This document shows positions 37,835 to 48,764 of a stretch of 64,000 bases of DNA, piece after piece. Source of the stretch: an uncultured Planctomycetia bacterium (GTDB lineage Bacteria > Planctomycetota > Phycisphaerae > Phycisphaerales > SM1A02); assembly GCA_937919205.1 (NCBI GenBank), contig CALFOZ010000103.1:4127-68126 (forward strand), given 5' to 3'. Within the stretch, counting starts at the first letter, position 1. Every line of letters starts with the position of its first letter. A model generated the notes under the pieces. The model saw nothing but the letters and a program-made list of their open reading frames with translations, was not told the origin of the DNA and did not search any database. The translations under genes and the position numbers were made by a program.

Positions 37835-39760
37835 TCAAAAGTGATCCGCAGACGTTGGTGTTGCGGTTTCAGTTCGGGGTATATTTCGTTTAAATCGAGC
37901 AATTGCGGAGGGGTTATGACCCCCTTGGCGTAGTTGCTCCAAGCGCGCATTCGCGTCCATGGGATTCATGACAGTTGGTGTGTCCGAAGTGGCGATTGCG
38001 TCGTGCAGAAATTTGTCAAAATCAGCGGCCGCATTTCGCACCGCTTCTGACGGATCGATGTGTTCGTTGCGCTGACTTCCAATATGAAACAACTCGCCGC
38101 ACAGCGCTTTGAGCGACGGCTCTTGGCACTCGGCTTGAACATCTTGAACATGAAATGAATTTCCAGATTCAAGTCGCATGACAAGCAGGCTCCATATTTG
38201 ACGAAGATCGGTTCGTTGGAAGTGTTCAGGTGAAAAAGCTTCAGAAATGGGCAATAACCCATCTTTGCCAACCGCCACGCGCACCTGGGCGGAGTTTGGA
38301 TCGGCCATAATTGCCGCCAATAAATTTTCCTCAGCCATTCGGCGGGCTTTTTGACGCGGGCTTTTTGCTGGCTCTTGCACAACAGGAGCGGGAGTTGGTT
38401 GGTTGATTTTTAATTCAACCCGCGCTTGCGGCATTGATTGTTCAAGGGTTCGCACTGGAACGCCGGTTAATTTTGACAGGGCGGTGAGCACAAAACTTTT
38501 TCGGATTGGCTCAATGCCACGGAAGCCAAGCTCGCCAAGTTTGCGCAACAACTCTTGCAGGCGTTGTTGTTTTCCAGACATGCCTTCAACGGATTCCAAG
38601 TTGGTTTTAAAGCGACGCACCATCCATGAAAGCGCTTCCTCGCCAACTTCAAGCGCGGCGTTGAAATCATTCAAGCCATTTGGTCGTTGCAACAATTCGT
38701 CGGCGTCAAGACCATCGGGCAGGGTGGCAATGCGAACATCAACAGGAACCGCCAAGAAAGTTTCCACGGCGCGGTCGGCGGCGCGTTCACCAGCGTTGTC
38801 GGGATCAAACACCACGGTGATGCGCTCGGCCATTCTTTGCAGTGCCTTGGCGTGATCTTTTGTGAGCGCGGTGCCCAGCGTGGCAATCACGTTGGTCACG
38901 CCCGCTTGATGCAAAGCCACGGCATCCACATAGCCTTCAACCACGATCGCGTGCTTGGAATCAATAATGGATCGCCGCGCGCGGTGAAGTCCGTACAGCG
39001 TGCGCCCCTTGGAAAACAGCGGGGAATCAGGGCTATTGAGGTACTTTGGCTCGTCGTTTGGATCAAGCCGGCGCGCGCCAAATGCGATCACATTTCCCAA
39101 CTCGTCATGAATAGGAAACAGCAGTCGATTGCGGAAGCCGTCAATCGGACCGCGTTGACCGCTACGAATCAATCCAAGCGCCTCGAAACTTTCGCGCGCA
39201 ACCTTGTCGGCGGAATTTGCGCTGTGTTGAATCAACTTCTCAATGTGACGCGCGAGATGGTCCCAACCTTCGGGCGCAACGCCTAGTTGAAAATCATCGC
39301 GGGTTTGCGCGTTGAGCATGCGCTCATCCAAGTGCGCGCGCGCCGTCGCGCCAAGTTTTTCATCTTGCAAACAGCGCTGATAAAATTTGGCCGCCGACGC
39401 CATGGCTTTGCGCAAAGACTCTTTGCTTGTGGCTGGATCCTTTGGACCCTCGTCGCGCATCGAGCGCAATTCAATTCCGCATCGCTGTCCCAAATATTTC
39501 AACGCCTCGCGGAATTCCATCTTGTGGAAATTCATCACAAAGTCGATCGCGTTTCCAGCGGCCCCGCAGGCGAAACAATTATAAAAAGCGTTGCCCTTGT
39601 GCGTTACAACCGCCATGCTTGGCGACTTGTCTTCATGGAATGGACAAAGCCCCACGTGCTCTCGGCCGCGAGGCTTAAGAGAAACGTGTTCGCCAACAAG
39701 GGACACAAGGTCAGTTGCGTCCAAAATGCGATCGCGATCGCTTTGTTGCGATAAAACCAT
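37835..39760 (-). CDS. dnaG: DNA primase DnaG
   Basis: Zinc finger (GLCPFHEDKSPSMAV...FYNCFACGAAGNAIDF), RNA polymerase core, and TOPRIM (VVEGYVDAVAL). Confidence 0.95.
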   Translation of the reverse strand: MVLSQQSDRDRILDATDLVSLVGEHVSLKPRGREHVGLCPFHEDKSPSMAVVTHKGNAFYNCFACGAAGNAIDFVMNFHKMEFREALKYLGQRCGIELRSMRDEGPKDPATSKESLRKAMASAAKFYQRCLQDEKLGATARAHLDERMLNAQTRDDFQLGVAPEGWDHLARHIEKLIQHSANSADKVARESFEALGLIRSGQRGPIDGFRNRLLFPIHDELGNVIAFGARRLDPNDEPKYLNSPDSPLFSKGRTLYGLHRARRSIIDSKHAIVVEGYVDAVALHQAGVTNVIATLGTALTKDHAKALQRMAERITVVFDPDNAGERAADRAVETFLAVPVDVRIATLPDGLDADELLQRPNGLNDFNAALEVGEEALSWMVRRFKTNLESVEGMSGKQQRLQELLRKLGELGFRGIEPIRKSFVLTALSKLTGVPVRTLEQSMPQARVELKINQPTPAPVVQEPAKSPRQKARRMAEENLLAAIMADPNSAQVRVAVGKDGLLPISEAFSPEHFQRTDLRQIWSLLVMRLESGNSFHVQDVQAECQEPSLKALCGELFHIGSQRNEHIDPSEAVRNAAADFDKFLHDAIATSDTPTVMNPMDANARLEQLRQGGHNPSAIARFKRNIPRTETATPTSADHF

Positions 39761-40204
39761 TGTTTACTTTCAGTGAAAGAACCACCTGCAACGCAAGGCC
39801 CGTCCATGGGAATTGCCGCGGAACCACCGAGAGTTTTGCAAAGCCGCGACTTTGCACAACTTCCGCAGATGAGAGTCATCATGCGGCGCTTTCCTGTGGA
39901 AAAAAATCATGAATGCACGCATTCAAGACTTAGAACCACCGGACCAAACGGACCTTAAATTGGGCCCACAATTCGCTCGGCAGGCAGGTTTGCTTGTGAA
40001 ACGCGTTCGTGGATCAACCTTGATCCTGCGTATTCATCGAAGCCTTGTAGCGCCGAGGGACGAGGAAAGTTACGCCAAATTTCCCAAAAGTCAATTAATA
40101 ATTGGTAAAAAATGCTGAAAAACATTGACAAATATGAAAAATTGAGTAGCCAACGGAGTTATTCACCGTGAATTTCGCTACTGAGTGCGATCGAATTTAG
40201 AAAC

Positions 40205-40483
40205 TTAACCAGCGGCGGCGGCTTTTCGTGGACGCGTGTACACAAATTTGCGGCGCAATGGCTTCTCAACAAGTCCAGATCGAATGGCGCGAACGCTGGC
40301 CTTGATGCGCATTGGCTTGCCATCAATGACAGCCGTGACATTTTGCAAATTAGGCTTAAAAGTGCGCTTTTTTACGCTGGTTGTCTTGATGCCAACTCCG
40401 CCAAGATATTTGGCTTTGCCGCGTCGCTTGAGAACATTTCCAGAAGTTGTTTTTGATCCGGTGAAATAGCAGACGCGTGGCAT
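40205..40483 (-). CDS. rpmB: 50S ribosomal protein L28
   Basis: MPRVCYFTGSKTTSGNV...RTFKPNLQ matches the L28 pattern. 92 aa. Confidence 0.9.
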   Translation of the reverse strand: MPRVCYFTGSKTTSGNVLKRRGKAKYLGGVGIKTTSVKKRTFKPNLQNVTAVIDGKPMRIKASVRAIRSGLVEKPLRRKFVYTRPRKAAAAG

Positions 40484-40572
40484 GATTCAATCTCCTGAGT
40501 TGGGTGGATCAGTGTACAAATAAAGCCTGTTTGCGCAAGGGGAAGGCGCTATTTGCGCTGAACATTGCAAAT

Positions 40573-41079
40573 TTACTTGCTCAGCCGGGCAACTTTGAGC
40601 AGGATTTGCACGTTCAGGGCGTCCGTGGCGTCAAAACTGCCCACTTCAAAGCTGTCTAGGTCAATCACGCCCCAGGGGTTTCCAGCGCGATCAAGGCAGG
40701 GCACAACTAATTCGCTTTTGTCACGCGGGTCGCAGGCGATGTAGTTGTCGCCAAGTTGAGTCACGTCACGCACCACGATTGGCTTGCCCGATGTAAAAGA
40801 ATTTCCGCAAACTCCATGCAAGCCAATTGGACTGCATGCGGCCTTTGGTTCACGCGCGGCAAGCAACATGCTTGTGGTGTGTGGCGTCGGCAGATCGGCT
40901 TGGTAAAAACCAATCCAACTCACGCCGTGGTCTTTCAGTCGAGGCCATGTAGCCGCGATGAACACCTTCATTAAAATCTGTCGCTCTTGTTCGGGATCGA
41001 CCACGTCAACACATTGCTTGAGAATCTGCTCTTGAATGTGCGCCTGGATTTCTTTCCACGGTCTTGCAGACACCGGCAT
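40573..41079 (-). CDS. GAF-domain protein, free methionine-(R)-sulfoxide reductase (MsrC/YebR)-like
   Basis: WIGFYQ..., GLHGVCGNSF, VRDVTQLGDNYIACDPRDKSELVVP and GVIDLDS follow the fRMsr/YebR GAF pattern. Confidence 0.65.
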   Translation of the reverse strand: MPVSARPWKEIQAHIQEQILKQCVDVVDPEQERQILMKVFIAATWPRLKDHGVSWIGFYQADLPTPHTTSMLLAAREPKAACSPIGLHGVCGNSFTSGKPIVVRDVTQLGDNYIACDPRDKSELVVPCLDRAGNPWGVIDLDSFEVGSFDATDALNVQILLKVARLSK

Positions 41080-41081
41080 GT

Positions 41082-42563
41082 TTAGGCGGATTCTTTGGAC
41101 AAGTGGCGAATCGCTTTCAGCGACGACTTATCCAGAATCGCCTTGGCGGTGACGGTGTAGACGGCGTTCACATTGTCCATCTCTGGCAGGAGGTACATCA
41201 GTTCAAGCAGGATTTCATCCAGCACGGCGCGAAGGGCGCGCGCTCCGGTTTTTCTCTGCAACGCGCGATCGGAAATCAGTTCGAGCGCGTCTTGCGTGAA
41301 CACAAGGTCGGCGCCCTCGAGCCTGAAGAAGTGCTGAAATTGCTTGATCAGCGCGTTCTTTGGCTCCGTCAGAATGTTGATCATGGCCTTGCGATCCAGT
41401 GGCATGAGTGGGCAAAGAATTGGCAGGCGTCCAACAAGTTCGGGAATCATTCCATATTCCAAAATGTCGTCAGGAGTGAGTTGCGTTAACAGCGCGGCAA
41501 CCTCGGCTTCATGGTTGGTGCTGGCAACATCATTGGAGAAACCAATTCGACGCTGGCCGATTCGTTTCTTCACGATGTTTTCAATGCCATTGAAACTGCC
41601 GCCGCAAATAAACAGAATGTGCGTGGTATCCATCTGAATATATTGTTGCTCTGGATGTTTGCGCCCGCCTTGCGGAGGAACATTGGCCACGGTGCCTTCG
41701 AGCATCTTCAGCAAACTTTGTTGCACGCCCTCGCCACTGACGTCGCGGGTGATGGAGACATTTTGATTGGTCTTTCCAATTTTGTCGATCTCGTCAATGT
41801 AAATAATTCCGCGTTGCGCGCTCTCCAAATCAAAGTCGGCGGCTTGCAGTAATTTCAGCAGAAGATTTTCCACATCCTCGCCCACGTAGCCCGCTTCGGT
41901 CAATGTGGTGGCGTCGCCAATGGCGAATGGAACATTCAAAATACGCGCTAGGGTGCGGGCGAGAAGCGTTTTTCCGGTGCCGGTTGGACCAACCAACATC
42001 ACGTTGCTCTTGTCCAATTCCACCGTGGCATTCTCGGCGTCAATTTGCGTGAGGCGCTTGTAATGATTGTGCACGGCAACGGCCAGCGATCGCTTGGCGA
42101 GATCTTGTCCGATGACATATTGATCCAGAAATTCTTTGATGGTGCGCGGCGTTGGAATTTGTCCAAACTGCGGACGCGATCCACGTACGCGGCGAGTTTC
42201 TTGTTTGAAAATATTTTGGCAAAGATCCGTGCAGTTGGAGCAAATGTAAACATCGCTTGGGCCTTCAACCATGGGACCAACTTCACGGCTGGTCTTGCCG
42301 CAGAAACTGCATGTGGTGACTTTGCGGCCTTTGAAGCCAGTGCCGTCGCCGCCAGAAGGGCCACCTGGACCAGAACCACCGCCAGAATTTCCGCCAGAGT
42401 TTCCACCAGAGTTGCCGCCAGAGTTTCCGCCAGAGTTTCCGCCAGAGTTGCCGCCAGAACCCGATGAGAAATCAGAGCCGTCGCGTTTATTGCGCCCCGA
42501 GCCACCAGCGTTTTGTAAGTTTGGTTGCGAGCGAGAAGATTTGGGTTGTGAGTTGGAATTCAT
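41082..42563 (-). CDS. clpX: ATP-dependent protease ATPase subunit ClpX with a G/S/N-rich N-terminal extension
   Basis: C4 zinc-binding domain (CSFCGK...CSNC), Walker A ([11 protein letters not shown]), IIYIDEIDK, and GGRKHPEQ pore/sensor motifs. About 85 aa precede the zinc domain. Confidence 0.96.
   Translation of the reverse strand: MNSNSQPKSSRSQPNLQNAGGSGRNKRDGSDFSSGSGGNSGGNSGGNSGGNSGGNSGGNSGGGSGPGGPSGGDGTGFKGRKVTTCSFCGKTSREVGPMVEGPSDVYICSNCTDLCQNIFKQETRRVRGSRPQFGQIPTPRTIKEFLDQYVIGQDLAKRSLAVAVHNHYKRLTQIDAENATVELDKSNVMLVGPTGTGKTLLARTLARILNVPFAIGDATTLTEAGYVGEDVENLLLKLLQAADFDLESAQRGIIYIDEIDKIGKTNQNVSITRDVSGEGVQQSLLKMLEGTVANVPPQGGRKHPEQQYIQMDTTHILFICGGSFNGIENIVKKRIGQRRIGFSNDVASTNHEAEVAALLTQLTPDDILEYGMIPELVGRLPILCPLMPLDRKAMINILTEPKNALIKQFQHFFRLEGADLVFTQDALELISDRALQRKTGARALRAVLDEILLELMYLLPEMDNVNAVYTVTAKAILDKSSLKAIRHLSKESA
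42384..42455 (-). repeat. Six tandem 12-nt coding repeats (GGNS)6 inside clpX
   Basis: On the plus strand, units of gccagagtttcc/gccagagttgcc repeat head-to-tail, encoding [24 protein letters not shown] (aa 37-60 of ClpX). Confidence 0.9.
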
Positions 42564-42706
42564 ATTTGGTGTATTTCAGTTGCGCTATTTGATTATGCCA
42601 CGGAATTCTACTTGGTCAATGAAACTTAAACCTGATTAAAATTAAAGGGCGGAACGATCGGAATAACCCCAACAAAGCGCATGTATTGGTCCGCATAAGG
42701 GGGCAA

Positions 42707-43057
42707 TTATGCGGTGGGTGGAGGCGCCTTGCGAGTTGTGAGTTTGGTTGTGGGTTTGGTTGTGCTGGAGGTTTGTGTGACCGAGGACAGGCCAGCTCCC
42801 AGACCCGTGATCTCCGTTGATTTGAACATGGCTAACTTCAGTCGATCAAATTCCGCCTGATCAATTTCGCCACTCGCCTTCAGGGCTCGAAGATCCGCCA
42901 AGGTGAATCCAGCCGATGTGGTGTCGTAGGATTTGTTGGTGAGATAGTTGCGCGCCGCGAGCATGATCACGCCACCGATCACAGCCACCACCACCAAGCC
43001 CCCAAGCCAAGGCGCAAGTTCAGTGAACAAATCGCTGGTGGCGAGTGTGATGCGCAC
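42707..43057 (-). CDS. Small membrane protein with a SHOCT-like C-terminal motif
   Basis: GTG start and one TM helix (WLGGLVVVAVIGGVIMLAA). LADLRALKASGEIDQAEFDRLK resembles the SHOCT short oligomerisation motif. The tail is S/T/K-rich. Confidence 0.45.
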   Translation of the reverse strand: MRITLATSDLFTELAPWLGGLVVVAVIGGVIMLAARNYLTNKSYDTTSAGFTLADLRALKASGEIDQAEFDRLKLAMFKSTEITGLGAGLSSVTQTSSTTKPTTKLTTRKAPPPTA

Positions 43058-43074
43058 GCTATGGTTGCTTTGAA

Positions 43075-44529
43075 TTATTTCTTGGCTTTGGCGGTTTTCG
43101 CGGGCTTGTCATCGGAAGTGGCGCCCTTTGCGCCAGAGCGCTTGGCGGAAACTTGTTTGTTCTGTTGCTCATTCCATTCCTCGGCGGGAACATCAATAAA
43201 CTTTGCCTTTTCCAAAATTCGATCCGCGGTCTTGTGCTCACGAATGGAATGGGCCAACTCATTAAGCTTGCCGGCTTTTTCAATTTCATTGCGAAGTTGA
43301 TCGGGACGTGTTCCGCGTTGCATGGCGATGCCAGCGATGCGGCCATTCAGTTCGGCCTCGGTCACGTCAATCTTCATTTCCTCGGCAAGGCGCGCAAGAA
43401 TGAAGAACAACTTCAAGCGCTTGCGCGTGTTGGCTTCGCTCTCGCCGCGAATTTCCGCGAGTTTGGTTTCAACTTCGTTTGGATCCACGCCGCGTTGCAA
43501 CATATCCATGCGCGCCATTTCCACGTTGCGCGTGCTTTGCGCCTGGCTCATTTTTTCGGGAAGCGGGAAGTCGACGGCTTCGGACAAGAAGTTGTAAACC
43601 TGCTCGCGTTCGGCGGATTTCTGCTCAGAATCGCGTTGGCGCTCCAAGGCCAAGCGAACCTGTCCCTTTAGATTTTCCACCGTATCCAGCGACAGTTTCT
43701 CAGCCAGGCCTTGCTCATTCAGCGGTTCAATTCGATCGGCGTCCTTGACAACAAGTTCAATGCGAATCTTGGCGCCGCGCAGGTCCTCGCGTTCGTGTTG
43801 ATCTGGGCCAGTGGTCTTCACGGAGATTTCATCGCCAACTTTTTTACCTTCAACCAAGGAGCTAAGATTCTCAATCAAAAGGCCAAGCAGTTGACCCTTG
43901 CCCGCGTCCGCGGAATCAGGAACAACAACCATGGCTCGATCGTTGTTGAAGAACGCTTCGGCTTCATCGTTTTTGAACGCCTTCACTTCACACAACATGC
44001 GGTCAAGTGGTTGGAATGGACCAGTGATGCGGGTCGCGTTTCCAAAGCGGTAGCCTTGGCGGCGAATTTCTAGATCGACATGCTCATCCTTGATTTCAAA
44101 GACGGGGCGCTTCACTTCGATACCGTCCGTGTTTGGAAGCGCAAATTCCGGCGCAACTTCAACTTCAATGCTGAAGATGAAAGGCTTGCCAACCACAAGC
44201 GCCACATCGCGTGACTCTGGTGTCATTTCTGGATTGCCAACAGGTTGCAACTTATTGGCTTCGATGGCTTGACCGTAGGCTTCTGACAAAATTTGATCGC
44301 GCGTTTCCTTTAACAGCGCGTCGCCAAAGCGGCGTTGCAAAAGTTCACGCGGCGCGCGGCCTTTGCGGAAACCAGGTAGCACGGTTTCATTTTTCAGCGA
44401 GCCAAAGCCAGTCTCAAGCCGCGCCTTCACAGCTTCGGCGGAAACAGTGACCGTGATTTTCTTGCGGGCAGGACCCGCGTCTTCAATTTTAACTTGGTTG
44501 GATTCGACGGTTGCGGCTGATGTGCTCAT
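43075..44529 (-). CDS. tig: Trigger factor
   Basis: N-terminal ribosome-binding domain (GFRKGRAP, trigger-factor signature) and central PPIase-like region. 484 aa with a K/A-rich tail. Confidence 0.9.
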   Translation of the reverse strand: MSTSAATVESNQVKIEDAGPARKKITVTVSAEAVKARLETGFGSLKNETVLPGFRKGRAPRELLQRRFGDALLKETRDQILSEAYGQAIEANKLQPVGNPEMTPESRDVALVVGKPFIFSIEVEVAPEFALPNTDGIEVKRPVFEIKDEHVDLEIRRQGYRFGNATRITGPFQPLDRMLCEVKAFKNDEAEAFFNNDRAMVVVPDSADAGKGQLLGLLIENLSSLVEGKKVGDEISVKTTGPDQHEREDLRGAKIRIELVVKDADRIEPLNEQGLAEKLSLDTVENLKGQVRLALERQRDSEQKSAEREQVYNFLSEAVDFPLPEKMSQAQSTRNVEMARMDMLQRGVDPNEVETKLAEIRGESEANTRKRLKLFFILARLAEEMKIDVTEAELNGRIAGIAMQRGTRPDQLRNEIEKAGKLNELAHSIREHKTADRILEKAKFIDVPAEEWNEQQNKQVSAKRSGAKGATSDDKPAKTAKAKK

Positions 44530-44580
44530 TGGGGTCTCTCTTTGATGAATTCAAGCAAAGGCTTGAGGGTGGGAAAGTAT

Positions 44581-44613
44581 ATGAAAACGAACCCGTCTTG
44601 AGGGACGGGTTCG
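44581..44613 (-). terminator. Rho-independent terminator after glnN
   Basis: 10-bp perfect stem cgaacccgtc/gacgggttcg with a 6-nt loop, followed on the minus strand by TTTTCAT. Confidence 0.8.
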
Positions 44614-44670
44614 TGCAAGAATTCATGGAATGTTTAGAAAAACTTGAAATCAGCGCAAAATAAATCCAGT

Positions 44671-46833
44671 TTAGCGATTCAACAACATCTCGGCGTAGGT
44701 TGGAAGGGTCCAAAGTTCATTTGGCACCCACGGTTCAATGGCATCGCAGGCCAGGCGAGTTTGCGCCATGGCTGGCACAACTTCGTCGCGCACTTGGCGC
44801 ATGTGCTTGGCATAGTCGTCGATGTGTTTGCTTTCGGCGTGCTCCAAAGAGGCAAGCGCGGCGCGCAAATTGGAAACATTTTTCATCCATGACTTCAGCG
44901 CGGCCTCATCTTCCGGGCACTCAACGCCAGCCGCGTGGCATGCGCCAACATTGTCGGCCAATGTTGCTTGCCATTGGCTTGCGATTGGAAGCACGCTCTT
45001 CTTCACCATGGTGATCAGCGTGCGCGCTTCGATGCGCACAACCTTGACATAGGTTTCCATCAACACTTCAAAGCGGGCGTGCAATTCAACCGCGGAAAGC
45101 ACGTGGTACTTGGCGAACAAATCACGCGCGTTCTTTGTGTCAAAGCATGGAAGAGATTCCGCGGTGCTTTGCATGTTGGGCAAACCGCGCTTGGCGGCCT
45201 CCTTGTGCCAGGTCTCTGAATAACCGTCGCCGTCAAAGCACACGCGGCGGTGCTTCTTCACAATATCTTTGAGCACGTTGCGCACGGTGCTTTCTATTTT
45301 CGCCTCGGATGGATTTTTGCCGGCTTTCTTCTCTAGTTCCGTGGCGACAAAGTCCAAACTCTCGGCGATCATGGTGTTCAGAACCGTGTTGGGCCACGCC
45401 ACGCTTTGACTGCTACCCACGGCGCGGAATTCAAACTTGTTTCCGGTGAATGCAAACGGACTGGTGCGATTGCGATCGCTGGCCGCGCGCGGAAGCAGGG
45501 GCAACGTCTTCTCGCCAAGATCCAAGTTGCCGCCGCGGATTGTTTTCTTGGGCGCGCCTGAATCAAGTTGATCAAGAATGTCCGTGAGCATTGAGCCAAG
45601 ATAAATGCTCATGATGGCCGGCGGCGCTTCGTTGGCCCCAAGGCGATGGTCGTTGGCGGCCGTGGCAATGCTGGCGCGAAGCAGATCAGCGTGCGTGTCA
45701 ATGGCGCGGATGACGGCGCACAAGAACGTGAGGAACTGCAAATTGTTGTGGGTTTCCTCGCGTGGATCAAGCAAATTCACGCCCGTGTTGGTGGACAAAC
45801 TCCAATTGTTGTGCTTACCACTGCCGTTGACGCCAGCGAAAGGCTTCTCGTGGATCAAGCATTCAAAGCCGTGCTCACGCGCGGTCATGCGCAGAATGTG
45901 CATGCACAACATTTGATGGTCGGCGGCGATGTTGGCGTTCTCATAGGTTGGCGCAATCTCATATTGACCAGGCGCGACTTCGTTGTGGCGCGTCTTCACT
46001 GGAATGCCAAGTTCAAACAAGCGCGTCTCGGAGTCGGTCATGAAACTAATCACGCGATCGGGAATGGCGCCAAAGTAATGGTCATCCAATTGATGGCCCT
46101 TGGGCGCGGGCGCGCCAATAAGCGTGCGGCCAGTGATGACCAAATCAAGGCGCTCGTTGAACAACTCGCGGTCGACCAAGAAATATTCCTGTTCGCAACC
46201 CAGCGTGGTGATGACTTGCGTCACGCCATTGTCGGTGCCAAAGATTTTTAAAATGCGAAGCGCTTGATTGTTCACCGCGCGAATGGAGCGCAGGAGGGGA
46301 GTTTTTTTATCCAGCGCCTCGCCGGTCCAACTTACGAACGCGGTTGGAATGCACAGCGTGGTCACGCCGCTTGGATTTCTAAGCAAAAACGCTGGACTTG
46401 TGGCGTCCCACGCGGTGTAGCCGCGGGCCTCATAGGTGTCGCGAATTCCGCCGGAAGGAAAACTGCTGGCGTCTGGTTCGCCTTGGATCAATTGCTCGCC
46501 GGAAAGTTTTTCAATCGCCGTGCCATCGCCCAAGATGGAAAGAAAGGCGTCGTGCTTTTCCGCCGTCATGCCGGTGAGTGGTTGAAACCAATGGCAATAA
46601 TGCGTGGCGCCATTTTCAACGGCCCAATCTTTCATTGCAACGGCAACAGTGTTGGCCACGGCGGGATCAAGCGAGCGGCCATCATGGATGGTGCGCTGAA
46701 TGCTGGCGTACACGTCGCTTGGTAAACGCTTCAGCATGGTGTCGCCGCAAAAAGTCAGCGTTCCAAAAACATCGCTGGCGCGGACATTGTTGATCATGGC
46801 TGATTTGTGATCCGACGTGCGCATTTGGGACAT
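44671..46833 (-). CDS. glnN: Glutamine synthetase type III
   Basis: 720 aa, the GS-III size class. GS catalytic-domain motifs are present ([20 protein letters not shown]). Confidence 0.88.
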   Translation of the reverse strand: MSQMRTSDHKSAMINNVRASDVFGTLTFCGDTMLKRLPSDVYASIQRTIHDGRSLDPAVANTVAVAMKDWAVENGATHYCHWFQPLTGMTAEKHDAFLSILGDGTAIEKLSGEQLIQGEPDASSFPSGGIRDTYEARGYTAWDATSPAFLLRNPSGVTTLCIPTAFVSWTGEALDKKTPLLRSIRAVNNQALRILKIFGTDNGVTQVITTLGCEQEYFLVDRELFNERLDLVITGRTLIGAPAPKGHQLDDHYFGAIPDRVISFMTDSETRLFELGIPVKTRHNEVAPGQYEIAPTYENANIAADHQMLCMHILRMTAREHGFECLIHEKPFAGVNGSGKHNNWSLSTNTGVNLLDPREETHNNLQFLTFLCAVIRAIDTHADLLRASIATAANDHRLGANEAPPAIMSIYLGSMLTDILDQLDSGAPKKTIRGGNLDLGEKTLPLLPRAASDRNRTSPFAFTGNKFEFRAVGSSQSVAWPNTVLNTMIAESLDFVATELEKKAGKNPSEAKIESTVRNVLKDIVKKHRRVCFDGDGYSETWHKEAAKRGLPNMQSTAESLPCFDTKNARDLFAKYHVLSAVELHARFEVLMETYVKVVRIEARTLITMVKKSVLPIASQWQATLADNVGACHAAGVECPEDEAALKSWMKNVSNLRAALASLEHAESKHIDDYAKHMRQVRDEVVPAMAQTRLACDAIEPWVPNELWTLPTYAEMLLNR

Positions 46834-47003
46834 GTCATTTCCTAATTTCTGTTGATGTTCATTTCAATCCAAATTGGCCACCAAAGTGGGGACCACATGG
46901 ACTCAGAGAATAGCAATGTTGGCAAGTGGATTGAAGTATAAAACAAGCGTATTTGTTGAATATTGCGCAATGGAAGCGGCTGAGTGTCCCGCAATGAATG
47001 GAC

Positions 47004-48764
47004 TTAGCCCAAGATACTGCGCCGCCGATTCACGTAATCCCAGACTACAAATCGGTCCAAGTCTTCACCGCCAGCAAACATGACGCGTCCGCCGGTGGTT
47101 TGCGCCATGCGCTGGGCAAAGCTGACATCTTCTTGTGTCTGGCTCCATGAGGGAAGCAAAATAATATTAATGGTGATGCCTTCGCGCTGGCACATCATGG
47201 CTTCGCGCATGGTGGCCTTCTCGGTGCGCGGGTCGGGTGGATAGAGAAGGAACAGCGTGCTACCTTCAAAGTGCGCGGTTGGAAGTCCATCGGTGATCAG
47301 AATAATTTGCTTGTTGGGCGTGGCTTGAGCGCTGAGAAATTGGCGGCCCAATTGCATGGCGCGCTGAATGTTTGTGAAGTGCAGGGGTAGATCCGATTCA
47401 GTCACGCGTGGGTCGGATAGATCGGCTTTAAGCCGCACCACCGAGCTATTAATGGAAACCATCTTTGGCATGAGCGCGGGCACATCGGAAATGGCGACGG
47501 CTTTGGCCAGCGAATACATCTCGATCAGTTGCAGAAAGTCGCCGGGATATTCACTGCGAATGAGTCCGTCCAAGGCCAGAGCCATTTTCTTGCAGGCCAC
47601 GTATTGCCCGCCATAACGCATGGATCCTGACATATCCATCAACACCGCGGTGGCGGCTTTGGGCGCGCGTCGCGTGCGATGCACTTCAATATCTTCGCTA
47701 CGAATACGCAACGGTCCAGGCTCGCGCGGACCAGTTTGATTGGCACGTTCACGAAGCATTGCGTTGATAAATGTTTGCGGAATATCCATTGCGGCGGGGG
47801 AGTCGCCAAATTCGTAGGCGCGCGTGGATGGAAGTTCAACCGCGCCGTCGTTGGTGAGCACGCCTTCGTGTCGACCCGAGCGCGCGGCTTGTAGCGACGA
47901 GAAAATTGTTTTCAACAGGCGGCTTTGATAAATGCGCATGGCCTTGGGAGAAAGTTTGAAGCCTTTGCCATCTTGTTCCAAGCCTTGTTGCTCGGCGAGT
48001 AATTTGGCCTGCTCCTGAATGCGCTTGGCAATTTCACGCAAGTCGTTCACGTCTTGCTCCTGCGCAAAGCGGCTCAGCGCTTCCATGTCAATCTTGGCAA
48101 CCTTGGCGTTCTTCATGGCCTCCTCAATTTGCGCCAGCAGTCGATCGATGGTTTCCAGTTCCTCCTTGATGGCCAGGGCTTTCTCCACGTTCATTGTGGT
48201 GGCGCCTGTGAACACATATTTTGAAGCGAGTGATTCCACTTGGTAGCGCTCTCCAAGGCGTTCAATAAGTGGCAGTAAACGCCGTGCGAAAAGGCTTTTT
48301 TCTTCCACGCGGTACCAGAGCTTTTCCAGGTCGCGCAGTTGCTCTTCCTTTACAAGCTCACGGAATTTTTTTTTCAACTCATCGGGCGCTTCAATTTTTC
48401 CGGCCAGGTCTTGAAAGATCTTGCGGGCCTCTTCACGCACGGAATCCGTTTGAAATGTGGCCAGGATTTTTGCCTTGCGCTCTTGCAACATGCGCCGCAG
48501 TGATTCCAAACTTGGACCAAGACCGGTGATTGAAGCGGGATCAATCTCTATGGCGTCGGCCAGTTCCTCCGGCGTGAAGCGGCGCATGGATCCGTACATC
48601 ATCATGTGATTGAACGCCGCGCCAACAGCGTCGGGCGCCTCTGATCGCGGTGGCGGAAATTGAATCGGATCAAACTTTAAATAGGTGTGCAGGACGCCGC
48701 CAAGAGGTTTGATTCCCGCACCATCTTCGCATGCAACATCTTTCGCGGGTTTCTTGGCGGGCAC
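47004..48764 (-). CDS. von Willebrand factor A (VWA) domain protein, ChlD/CoxE-like
   Basis: C-terminal VWA domain with a MIDAS motif (VLMDMSGSM). Its start codon abuts the stop of the upstream AAA+ gene with no gap. Confidence 0.75.
   Translation of the reverse strand: MPAKKPAKDVACEDGAGIKPLGGVLHTYLKFDPIQFPPPRSEAPDAVGAAFNHMMMYGSMRRFTPEELADAIEIDPASITGLGPSLESLRRMLQERKAKILATFQTDSVREEARKIFQDLAGKIEAPDELKKKFRELVKEEQLRDLEKLWYRVEEKSLFARRLLPLIERLGERYQVESLASKYVFTGATTMNVEKALAIKEELETIDRLLAQIEEAMKNAKVAKIDMEALSRFAQEQDVNDLREIAKRIQEQAKLLAEQQGLEQDGKGFKLSPKAMRIYQSRLLKTIFSSLQAARSGRHEGVLTNDGAVELPSTRAYEFGDSPAAMDIPQTFINAMLRERANQTGPREPGPLRIRSEDIEVHRTRRAPKAATAVLMDMSGSMRYGGQYVACKKMALALDGLIRSEYPGDFLQLIEMYSLAKAVAISDVPALMPKMVSINSSVVRLKADLSDPRVTESDLPLHFTNIQRAMQLGRQFLSAQATPNKQIILITDGLPTAHFEGSTLFLLYPPDPRTEKATMREAMMCQREGITINIILLPSWSQTQEDVSFAQRMAQTTGGRVMFAGGEDLDRFVVWDYVNRRRSILG

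Noticed and set aside
39909-40118. 69-aa plus-strand ORF in the rpmB-dnaG spacer
   Set aside because: It has no ribosome-binding site, no motif, and is oriented against the surrounding operon. It is not reported as a gene.
42384-42455. Short tandem repeats as a possible CRISPR or minisatellite locus
   Set aside because: The units are contiguous 12-mers without spacers. They lie in frame inside clpX, so this is a coding microsatellite and not a CRISPR array.
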